NCBI GenBank assembly: GCA_024641545.1
Contig: JAHECW010000001.1
Location: forward strand, 558-64,557
DNA length: 64,000 nucleotides
From: Acidobacteriota bacterium
GTDB taxonomy: Bacteria; Acidobacteriota; Thermoanaerobaculia; Thermoanaerobaculales; Sulfomarinibacteraceae
Direction of reading: 5' to 3'
A program made the translations under genes and the position numbers. Shown here piece after piece: positions 28,131-36,261 of this stretch (its first letter is position 1; each line of letters opens with the position of its first letter). Below the pieces are notes generated by a model. That model ran no database searches. It was given only the letters and a program-made list of their open reading frames with translations, and was not told the origin of the DNA.

Positions 28131-29402
28131 TCAGTTGCCGGCGTCGTACACCTTCCACATGTCGTCGTCGTCGAAGATCTTCTCGGTGGCGTCGACGTGC
28201 ATGGCGTCGAGCTCGAAGTCGCGGTAGACCCCCGCTTCGGCGGCGGCCTCGGCGAAGGCCTCGTGCTGGATCAGCGCGCTCATGATCTCGTTGGTGCCGG
28301 TCCAGATCTGAGCGAGCCGCATGTCTCGAACCGCCCGCTCGATCGGGTAGACATCGGTGTAGCCGATTCCGCCGGTGATCTGCATCGCCAGATTGGCCAC
28401 GTTCCAGCCGGCGTCGGTGACCGTCTTCTTGGTCTCAGAGACGATCCGGCGCAGGTTCGGGACTCCGGCGTCGGCGGCCCGGGCCGCCATGTAGACCATG
28501 GCTCGCGAGGCGTCGAGCCGGGTCTGGGCGTCGGCCACCATGAAGCTCACGGCCTGGAACTTGCGGATCGGTCGGCCGAAGGCCTTGCGCCGGCTGGCGT
28601 ACTTCATCGCCACATCGAGACACGCCTTCATCCCGCCGGTGATCGGCGCCGCGCTGCACAGCCGCTCGGGCACCATCATCGTGTTGAAGACCTCGGCGCC
28701 GCCGTGCAGGCTGCCGATGAGGTTTGATTTCGGGACCTCGACATCGCGGAAGACCACCCGTCCGGTGCCGCCGCCGCGGGTGCCCATGAGGCCGTACAGG
28801 TATTTGACCTCGACCCCCGGGCCGCGGTCGATGAGCATGGCGCTGATCCGGCGATCGGGCGGGGCCTGCTCGTCGTGATTCGTCCGCACGTAGGCGAGGA
28901 AGAAATCGGCCCCCTCCGCGCCGACGATGAACCGCTTCATGCCGCGGACGACGAAGTGGTCGCCGCGGTCCTCGGCGCGGCTGGAGGCGCCGAAGAAGTC
29001 CGATCCGCCGCGCGGCTCGGTCAGCGCCTCGGCCGCGACCTTGTCCCCGGCGAGCATCGGTGCGAGGTACCGCCGCTTCTGCTCCTCGGTGCCGAAGGTG
29101 TTGATCGCCTCGCCGACGATGGACGGCATGACGTAGCAGCAGCCGGCCGCGGTGCCGAGCACGCCGACCTCCTCCATGGCGGCGCACTCCGCCACCCAGG
29201 ACAAGCCCTTGCCCCCGACCTCCCTGGGAAACCTCAGCCCTAGGGTGTTGTGTCGGGCGAAGGTCTCGTAGAGCTCGCGCGGGTATCTGATCTCGTCGCG
29301 GTCCATCCGTCGGAGGTACTCGGGATCGACCTCGGTCCGCACGAGCTCGCGCAGCTCATCTCTCACCGCACGCGAGGGTCCGTCCAGCATGAAGTCGTAC
29401 AT
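28131..29402 (-). CDS. Acyl-CoA dehydrogenase family protein
   Basis: 423 aa with ALTEPRGGSDF, a middle beta-domain, and the C-terminal QITGGIGYT...IWTGTNEI. Confidence 0.85.
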   Translation of the reverse strand: MYDFMLDGPSRAVRDELRELVRTEVDPEYLRRMDRDEIRYPRELYETFARHNTLGLRFPREVGGKGLSWVAECAAMEEVGVLGTAAGCCYVMPSIVGEAINTFGTEEQKRRYLAPMLAGDKVAAEALTEPRGGSDFFGASSRAEDRGDHFVVRGMKRFIVGAEGADFFLAYVRTNHDEQAPPDRRISAMLIDRGPGVEVKYLYGLMGTRGGGTGRVVFRDVEVPKSNLIGSLHGGAEVFNTMMVPERLCSAAPITGGMKACLDVAMKYASRRKAFGRPIRKFQAVSFMVADAQTRLDASRAMVYMAARAADAGVPNLRRIVSETKKTVTDAGWNVANLAMQITGGIGYTDVYPIERAVRDMRLAQIWTGTNEIMSALIQHEAFAEAAAEAGVYRDFELDAMHVDATEKIFDDDDMWKVYDAGN

Positions 29403-29659
29403 GGCGTCCTCCTTGAACCGGGTGAAGTGGACTCGCTGACGTCAGTGTAGCGCCGCAGCGGCGTCCGTGGTCGGCACCGGATGGGTGTCGGAGGGTGGCG
29501 CGTTTCGCGTCGTTGCCGTGAATCTCCCGAACGATCGCGTGTCCTACGAGCCGCCCGCGCCGAGAAGCTCAAGGCTCGTGCCGAGCACACCTTGATCGTC
29601 ATCCGACAGCCGGGTGGACAGCGCGTTCTCTTGACCTGGCAAAGATCCTGTCGCCCCGC

Positions 29660-29688
29660 TTGACAGACTTGGAAACGCAGCGTAATTT
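29660..29688 (+). promoter_or_regulatory. Sigma70-like promoter (TTGACA-17 nt-TAATTT) in an AT-rich patch
   Basis: TTGACA at 29660-29665 and TAATTT at 29683-29688, ~70 nt upstream of ATG 29759. The local AT-richness contrasts with the surrounding sequence. Confidence 0.45.
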
Positions 29689-29758
29689 AAAATGAGAATC
29701 AATCCTGATATCTATACCGAAAGTCGATTCCGACGTTGATTTCCAGAAGGGAAGACCC

Positions 29759-30316
29759 ATGCATGACTCGATCCTCCTTCCGCGATTTCGTTGGTTTGCC
29801 TTTTTGCTCATCGTTTTCGCGCTGCCGAGCGTCGCCGGCGCAGTCGACCCCTGCGACCCGGTTCCTCCGTTCGGCCTGCAGATCCCGTTCGAAGAACACC
29901 AAGGGGCTCGGCGGGAGTCCCAGATGGTCACGGTTCCCAAGGATGGCGAGGCTCCTCTCATCAGCTTTATCGACAGCCCTTCCGCAACCTGTTTCCAACC
30001 CGATTCGACCCGGGATGAATGCTGGATCAACTGGTACTACACCTCCGTCGACGCCGGCCCGAACTACATGATCTGCATGTACACGAAGTTCAACGCGACC
30101 GGGAAGGCAACCCGGACCCAAGGTTTCTTCCAGACCTCGATGTACGTGCCGTACAACATGTACGGCAAGGGTTTTCGGGTCGCCTGCGGCGCCCCCGGTT
30201 CGGGCGGCGACCCCGATCTCGGGATGGCCTACGCGTACACGATCCGGGCCAAAGACTCCGCCGGGCTGGGTTCGGCAAACTACGGAACCGTGTCGTGCCC
30301 GGCGTACATTCCCTAG
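29759..30316 (+). CDS. Small secreted 4-Cys protein, paralog A (unknown family)
   Basis: Signal peptide ...FAFLLIVFALPSVAGA. Shares QGFFQTxMYxP, CG..G and the C-terminal CP motif with the next gene. Confidence 0.6.
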   Translation: MHDSILLPRFRWFAFLLIVFALPSVAGAVDPCDPVPPFGLQIPFEEHQGARRESQMVTVPKDGEAPLISFIDSPSATCFQPDSTRDECWINWYYTSVDAGPNYMICMYTKFNATGKATRTQGFFQTSMYVPYNMYGKGFRVACGAPGSGGDPDLGMAYAYTIRAKDSAGLGSANYGTVSCPAYIP

Positions 30317-30338
30317 CAGCTGGAAAGGACCGAGCACC

Positions 30339-30908
30339 ATGCGAACTCAATCCAACGGCGGACCGCCGAGGTTCGCGCTCGCGGTCCTTGTGCTCTTTAT
30401 CGGGTGGATTGCCGTCGCGCCAGCGGGCGCGACCGACGACCGCGAAGCGCCGTACGCAGACGCGGAGCTGCCCCGGGCACACGACCTGAAGGCCGATTCC
30501 CCCGACATCTCCGGGATCGACGCTTCGACCCCGACCTGCTATCGAGCGGCGGTGAACTCCGAAACCTGTTTTGTCGAGTGGTCCTACCTCTATGTCACCG
30601 CCGGAAACGGTCAGTACATCATCAACATGAAGATCGAAATCGACGGCCGGGTGCGGGCCTTCTCCCAGGGATTTTTCCAGACTTACATGTACATCCCTGC
30701 AGACATGGTCGAACCGGGTTTCGCGGTGCCCTGCGGCCTCGCCGGGGCGGCCGGCGCAGCCAATCTGGGGAACCTCTACAGCTATCTGATTTCGGCGCTC
30801 GATTCGGCCGGACAAACGGCGATCAGCAGCGGCTCGCTGTACTGCCCGTACGCAACGATTCCAATTTTCTCGGACGGGTTCGAGAGCGGCGACATCTCGG
30901 CCTGGTAG
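30339..30908 (+). CDS. Small secreted 4-Cys protein, paralog B, carrying the C-terminal IFSDGFESGDISAW tag
   Basis: Signal peptide ...FALAVLVLFIGWIAVAPAGA. Colinear with paralog A (TC..C..W.Y, QGFFQTYMYIP, CGLAG, DSAG, CPY), plus a 14-aa extension. Confidence 0.6.
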   Translation: MRTQSNGGPPRFALAVLVLFIGWIAVAPAGATDDREAPYADAELPRAHDLKADSPDISGIDASTPTCYRAAVNSETCFVEWSYLYVTAGNGQYIINMKIEIDGRVRAFSQGFFQTYMYIPADMVEPGFAVPCGLAGAAGAANLGNLYSYLISALDSAGQTAISSGSLYCPYATIPIFSDGFESGDISAW

Positions 30909-30981
30909 GACTGTGCAGCGGACGGGGCTGGGCGGCGCCTTTCTCGGGTGTCGCCCGTGACGAGCCCGGCCGTCGCCCGCC

Positions 30982-33900
30982 CTACGGGGCCGCTGCCGAC
31001 CAGGCGGAGGCGTCCCCGGTTTCGAAACCGTCCGAAAAGACCCGCGAAACCTGCTCCGCCTCGAGCCGGATCTCATCGAAGGTCACCATCCCGATGGCGC
31101 TGCCGGTTGGGTTGAAGAAGTTCAGCCGCGAGATCGTTGCGGGGTCGCCGAGCTCGCCCAGGGTGATGGTGATCTCGGTCCACGTGTCGGCCGCCGCCGT
31201 GAAACCGACGCTGGCGCTCTGGCCGCCCACGCCCTCCGTGTACAGGCTGAGCGTCTTGTCGGCGCCGGCGCCGCCGTGGGCCCAGAACCTGACGGCGTCG
31301 TAACCGAAGGTGTCGATCGCCCCGGTCGACATCGCCGGCGAAAAGGCGCCCCAGCCATCGAGGGTGGCGTTGACCGCGTAGGCGCCCACCTTGACCGGCG
31401 AGGTGCCGGCGAGATCGATCGTCGCGTTCCACGACCAATCGTCCCAGCCGGGCGCGAGCGCGTCGCCGTAGATCACCACGGGAGGGGTCGCGTTGGAGCG
31501 AAAGGTGGCCGTCACCGTCCGCACCGCGTTCATGACAACGGTGCACTCCCCCACCCCGGAACAGGCGCCGCCCCAGCCGGTGAAGGTCGAGTCGCCGTCC
31601 GCCGCGGCGGTGAGCTCCACGCTCGTGCCGCTGAGGTAGGCTTCGCTGCAGTCGCCGCCGCAGTCGATGCCGGCCGGCGCCGAGGTGACGGTGCCGTCGC
31701 CTGACCCTTCTTTGCCGACCGTGAGCATGTAGGTGAGCCCGACCGGTTCGAAGGTCGCCGCCACCATACGATTCAACGTCATGGCCACTTCACAGGTGGG
31801 GTCGGCACCGAAGCAGGCGCCGCTCCAGCCGGCGAAGATCGACCCGCCGGCGGGCGAGGCCGTGAGCGTCACCACCGTTCCGTTCTGGTATGCCTCGCTG
31901 CAGTCGGCGCCGCAGTCGATGCCTTCGGGTGAGGAGGTGACCGTACCGCCGCCGCCGGCGATTCCGGTGTTCGTCACCGTGAGCATCGGGTTGTCCGGCG
32001 CCTGGGCCCCGGCGAGCCCGTAGAGATAGCCGTAGAGCGCCGTCTTCCCGCGCATGGTCTGGCGCGGTGTGAACTCGGCGTGCGCCCAGACCCAACGGGA
32101 TGGGAAGTAGGCTTCGCCGATGGGCCAGGTGTCCGGGACGTTCCCGGGATAGCTGTTCTCATAAAGCGCCGACGGCCTCCCCATCACCATTCCCGGGGCC
32201 CAATCACTGAGATTCAGGTACGGGGTGTGCCCCGGGTGGACTCCCGACACGCCGTCGTGCCGACCCGAGGTGTAGGCCTCCTGGAAGCTGCGCTTTGACG
32301 CGAGCGGTGTGAGCGCCGTCGTCATCTCGATGACGTTCAACGGGTTCCTGCCCAAGCCCCAGTCGGCCTCGAGGGCGAGAGCCTTGCGGAAGTGTTCGAT
32401 GTCGGCGGGAGTGTCGGCCACCGAATGGGCGATGATGGTGCGGTCCACGTTGTGAGCGGTTCGCCAAAAGGAGGCGGGCCCCCGGTCGGTCGCCCGGCGT
32501 GAGGGCCGGCTGTCGATGAGGTCGGCCTCGTCTCGTTTCGCCTGGGCGATGACCGCCGAAATCATGTTACTTCGCAGCGCCGGGTAGTTGACCGTCCGAG
32601 GGGTGTACAGGTAACCGGCGGTCGCCCAGACCTGATGCCTCGTCGCGTTCATGAGCTCCGCAGGACCCCCGGCGCAGACGCTCTCGGCGTTGACGACGTC
32701 TTCCCAGGCCCGGACGCCGGTCACGTTGTAGAGAAAGGCGGCGGCCATCATTTTGAAGTCGCGCCCCCTGACGAGGCCGTCATCGAGCCCCAGGCCTTCG
32801 TCGAGCATCGGATCCGCGAGACCGTCCGCGTGGTTGTAGGCGGCGATGGCCTGGTCTCTGTAGAAGTTCATCAGGCTCGTCAGCCCGGCCACGCGGAAGG
32901 CATCGGCGAGCATGGCGGCGTTGGCGGCGTTGGCCCACGCGGAGATCGCCGTCGGCCCGGCCTGGAAGAGCTCGTTGCCGCCGTTGGGGTTGGTCAGTCC
33001 GTACGAGTAGCCGCCGCCGTCACGCAACCGAAGCCAGAAATCGACCTCGTTGCGGGCCTCGTCGATGATGTCGGGGATGCCGTTGCCGCTCTCGGTGATG
33101 CCGGTGTCGTCGTCGCTGATGGCGCCGTCGGTCAGCAGAAAGGGCAGCAAGAGATCGTAGATGTTGGCGACGTGGGCCAGATGGCGATCCCAGTCCGCCG
33201 CGTCGGAGTGCCCACCCCAGGCGTCGGGGTTGGTCGGAAAGCCGGGCTTGCGGTACGGCGCCCAGTCGTCGGGCCGGTCCCACCGGTCACCGCTGGAGAA
33301 ACTGTCCCACTCGGGGTGCCAGGGGTGCATGGTCGTGAGGTACACCGTGGTCGTCGGCGGACTGACCCCGGGGATGTAGAGCGGCGTCCGCGGCGGCGGC
33401 GAGAGGCCGGACGGATTGGCCTCGCCGATCCGCATGTAGAAGTAGCCGCGCACCGAGACGATGAACGGGTCGTGATAGACGTCGTCGGCGATCTCGAAAT
33501 CCCGGCTGCACCCGACGCCTTCGACCACCAGCCGGTAGGTGCCGGGTTCGGTGAAACCCGAGAAATCGACATTCCAGACGTCGGATCGGGTGAAGTTGTA
33601 GCCGAAGACATCGCTGCCGTTCGCCATCCAGAAGGCCACGGTCCCCGCCTCGTGGGCCTGGCTCGCGTTGACATCGTAGACCCAGACCGTGTTGCCTTCG
33701 AAGCCGGAGTAGTTGCGGGCGCCGCCGCTGCCCATCCAGTGGTAGAGATCGGCGGCCTTGTGCGTCGCCTCCGGGGCATAGCCGACCAGGTTCACGTGCA
33801 CGGCTTCGGAGCGGTTCGAGTAGATGTCGAAGGTGAACGACTCGGATGTGTCGTCGCTGTTGGTGGCCGGGGCGATCTCGAGCGTGTAGGTCATCCCCTG

Positions 33901-34326
33901 CCGGAGCGAACTCGGCAGGCGGAGGTAGATCCAGTGCTCGTAGGTGTACTCATAGCGGTAGTCGCCGCCGATCCACTCCATCTCGGCGTGGCCGCTCAAC
34001 TTCTTCTTGCGATCACAGGCTTGCGGGTGCTGTCCGCCGATGCCGTAGGCTGGATCCTGGGCAGAAGTGATCGTCCAACTGGCGGTCTGGACCGCGGCGC
34101 CGGTGTCGAGCTCGGGGGTGTACCGAAGAACGGTCTCCCCGGCGCCGCTCTCGTCGTGAATGACATCCCCGTCGGACAGGTGGACGACCAGGACGTCCTC
34201 GTCGAGCACGCCGACATCGAGGAACTTCGCAGCGTCGACCTCGCCGGCTGCTCCGCCGAGCACGACGAGCAGCGACACGCGGAGCAGGAAACCGATCACC
34301 GCGGACCGAGAGCGACGACTTCTCAT
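30982..34326 (-). CDS. Secreted multidomain GH9-like (alpha/alpha)6 glycosidase-like protein: Ig-like N-domain, two InlB-B-repeat-like modules, a CBM-like domain and the C-terminal tag
   Basis: Signal peptide MRSRRSRSAVIGFLLRVSLLVVLGGAAG. CelD_N-like VNLVGY...YRLVVEGVGCSRDFEI. GH9-like WGGHSDAADWDRH. Two GTVTSxPxGIDCGxDCSEAY modules. C-terminus VFSDGFETGDASAWSAAAP. GAGGAG RBS. Confidence 0.65.
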   Translation of the reverse strand: MRSRRSRSAVIGFLLRVSLLVVLGGAAGEVDAAKFLDVGVLDEDVLVVHLSDGDVIHDESGAGETVLRYTPELDTGAAVQTASWTITSAQDPAYGIGGQHPQACDRKKKLSGHAEMEWIGGDYRYEYTYEHWIYLRLPSSLRQGMTYTLEIAPATNSDDTSESFTFDIYSNRSEAVHVNLVGYAPEATHKAADLYHWMGSGGARNYSGFEGNTVWVYDVNASQAHEAGTVAFWMANGSDVFGYNFTRSDVWNVDFSGFTEPGTYRLVVEGVGCSRDFEIADDVYHDPFIVSVRGYFYMRIGEANPSGLSPPPRTPLYIPGVSPPTTTVYLTTMHPWHPEWDSFSSGDRWDRPDDWAPYRKPGFPTNPDAWGGHSDAADWDRHLAHVANIYDLLLPFLLTDGAISDDDTGITESGNGIPDIIDEARNEVDFWLRLRDGGGYSYGLTNPNGGNELFQAGPTAISAWANAANAAMLADAFRVAGLTSLMNFYRDQAIAAYNHADGLADPMLDEGLGLDDGLVRGRDFKMMAAAFLYNVTGVRAWEDVVNAESVCAGGPAELMNATRHQVWATAGYLYTPRTVNYPALRSNMISAVIAQAKRDEADLIDSRPSRRATDRGPASFWRTAHNVDRTIIAHSVADTPADIEHFRKALALEADWGLGRNPLNVIEMTTALTPLASKRSFQEAYTSGRHDGVSGVHPGHTPYLNLSDWAPGMVMGRPSALYENSYPGNVPDTWPIGEAYFPSRWVWAHAEFTPRQTMRGKTALYGYLYGLAGAQAPDNPMLTVTNTGIAGGGGTVTSSPEGIDCGADCSEAYQNGTVVTLTASPAGGSIFAGWSGACFGADPTCEVAMTLNRMVAATFEPVGLTYMLTVGKEGSGDGTVTSAPAGIDCGGDCSEAYLSGTSVELTAAADGDSTFTGWGGACSGVGECTVVMNAVRTVTATFRSNATPPVVIYGDALAPGWDDWSWNATIDLAGTSPVKVGAYAVNATLDGWGAFSPAMSTGAIDTFGYDAVRFWAHGGAGADKTLSLYTEGVGGQSASVGFTAAADTWTEITITLGELGDPATISRLNFFNPTGSAIGMVTFDEIRLEAEQVSRVFSDGFETGDASAWSAAAP
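31498..31998 (-). repeat. Tandem pair of ~83-aa InlB-B-repeat-like modules inside the GH9-like gene
   Basis: Module 1: LTVTNTGIAGGGGTVTSSPEGIDCGADCSEAYQNGTVVTLTASPAGGSIFAGWSGAC...ATFEP. Module 2: LTVGKEGSGDGTVTSAPAGIDCGGDCSEAYLSGTSVELTAAADGDSTFTGWGGAC...ATFR. Confidence 0.6.
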
Positions 34327-34515
34327 TCGATCTCCTCGATCTCAGGGGCTGGCAACCACAGATCCGAACCATGGCGACGCTGCCGACAGTGTGCACGGCG
34401 TTCGCTCGGGCTGCAGTGTTCTGCGTCACCCGGCAGGGAAAGCGCGGCGAGCTCGCCGGGCTGTTCTCGTCATCGCTGCCGCGGTGCCGCCGCACCCTGA
34501 CGGGCGCCGCGTTGG

Positions 34516-35547
34516 TTACCGCGACGGGACTCGATCGCGTCGCACGACGAGGAATTCGCCGTTCTTCTCGGCGATGAGACCGCAGCTGGCGAGAACGACG
34601 TCGGGCGCCTGGATCGGACTCAGGCCCGCCGCGGTTCCGTGGAGCACGGTGTCGCGGGCGAATCGCTCGAGTCCCGGTTCCGAGTATCGGATGAGCGACC
34701 CGGTTTCCCTCGAGACCCACCCGAGGAAATCGGCGACGCTGCGTCCCTCGATGTCGAATGGCGGGGCGATCTCCTGCACCCAGGTCCAATACCCGGATGA
34801 GGGATCGATCCGCCGGCGATCGATCCGACCGTCCGCGCTGACTGTCACCGCCACGCCGCTGCCGACCTCGAGATCGAGATCGTCGCGGTTGATCGCCACC
34901 ACGCCCTCCCGGACCGCGACCGAGAGCAGTCCTTCCGTCAGCCTCACCTCGAATTGGGTGCCGACGTCGCTGGCGATGCCGAAAGGCGTCGCAATGTCGA
35001 CCGGCGAGCCGTTCGCGTCGCGAGAATCGAGATAGGCCGCTCCCCTCTCGAGATCGACGCGGGTCGTGGAGGCCAACCGGATCGAGGTGTCGACGTCGAG
35101 ACGTAGCGATTGACCCTCGCCGAGGCGGAGACCCGCGCGGCTCTCTCCCGCGGTGCGGATCCACGAGCCTGCAGCGATCGCTCTTGGTAGATCCAGTTCG
35201 GAACTCACGATCGAGCGTCCGTCGGCCGAAACGACCTCGACGCGGCCGTCGACAACATCGAAGTACGCCACCGGTCCGGTCGGCCGAGTGACGACGCGAT
35301 CGCTCCTGTCAAGCGTCGTGACGGCCACGGCCAGGATCGCCGCTGCCGCAACGCCGGCGGCAGCGATGGTCCACCGCCGCCTCGCCCGCGCCCGGAGGTC
35401 ACGCCGCCACTGTGTTTTGATGGCGGCCTTGATCCGATCGGCGCCGTCGGCCGGGATCTCCGGGCCGCTGTCGGCGATGCTCAGCAGATCGCCGACGAGA
35501 TCGCGCTCATCACGCCGGATCCGCGGGCGGTCGTTTCTGTCGCTCAT
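34516..35547 (-). CDS. FecR-family anti-sigma factor
   Basis: Cytoplasmic N-terminus, a single TM (WTIAAAGVAAAAILAVAV), and a periplasmic FecR-like domain (SLRLDVDTSIRLAS...). Start ATG 35547 overlaps the sigma stop (ATGA). ORF-track start 35910 rejected. Confidence 0.8.
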   Translation of the reverse strand: MSDRNDRPRIRRDERDLVGDLLSIADSGPEIPADGADRIKAAIKTQWRRDLRARARRRWTIAAAGVAAAAILAVAVTTLDRSDRVVTRPTGPVAYFDVVDGRVEVVSADGRSIVSSELDLPRAIAAGSWIRTAGESRAGLRLGEGQSLRLDVDTSIRLASTTRVDLERGAAYLDSRDANGSPVDIATPFGIASDVGTQFEVRLTEGLLSVAVREGVVAINRDDLDLEVGSGVAVTVSADGRIDRRRIDPSSGYWTWVQEIAPPFDIEGRSVADFLGWVSRETGSLIRYSEPGLERFARDTVLHGTAAGLSPIQAPDVVLASCGLIAEKNGEFLVVRRDRVPSR

Positions 35548-36152
35548 GGTATCGGTCCTTCCATCATGGTTGCGAAGCCGTCCCGGAAGGCCTGCCGCGC
35601 CCGGGTCAGCATGGATTCCACCGCCTTCGGCGTCATCTCGAGGCTGGCCGCCATCTCTCTCACCGACATCCCACGGATGTACTTCAGATCGAGGATGTTG
35701 CCGTAACGGACCGGGAGATGGTCGAGGGCGACGCGGACAAGCCGAGCGAGCTCTCGCCGCTCGAAGGCATCGTCGGGAGCCGGCTCGAGCGCAGCCAGCG
35801 ATTCGAGGGCGGCCCGGATTTCGGGTCGATCCTCTATCAGGGGGACGGTGGGCGCCGATCGTCCGAGGCGCCGCCAGTGGGCCGCGATCTCGTAGCGGCA
35901 GAAGCTGCACAACCAGGAGAACAGCTGCGCCTCCGCCCGGTAGAGATGGAGCTTCGGGACGATCTTCTCAAAGGTGCTCTGGACAATATCCTGGGTGAGA
36001 TCCGGGTCGGACCCGACCCGGGGGTAGGCGAAGCGGTACAGCCGCGGGTAGTACTCATCGACGAGATAATCGAGCGCGCTCTCGTCGCCCTTGAGGATTC
36101 GGGCAACCAGCTCGCGGTCGTGTCGATGCGGGTCGATCATCGCAGTGTCCAT
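35544..36152 (-). CDS. ECF (sigma-70 family group IV) RNA polymerase sigma factor
   Basis: Region 2 (YYPRLYRFAYPRVGSDPDLTQDIVQSTF) and region 4 (LPVRYGNILDLKYIRGMSVREMAASLEMTPKAVESMLTRARQAF). Confidence 0.85.
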   Translation of the reverse strand: MDTAMIDPHRHDRELVARILKGDESALDYLVDEYYPRLYRFAYPRVGSDPDLTQDIVQSTFEKIVPKLHLYRAEAQLFSWLCSFCRYEIAAHWRRLGRSAPTVPLIEDRPEIRAALESLAALEPAPDDAFERRELARLVRVALDHLPVRYGNILDLKYIRGMSVREMAASLEMTPKAVESMLTRARQAFRDGFATMMEGPIP

Positions 36153-36261
36153 TCACACAGTATGTGTCTTCGAGCGAGAAAACCCTTCGTTCGGTTGGCG
36201 ATGATCGTTCGCCGGGGGCCGGGCAGACGGGCAAACCGGCGCGTCCAATTCTGACCCGGGG

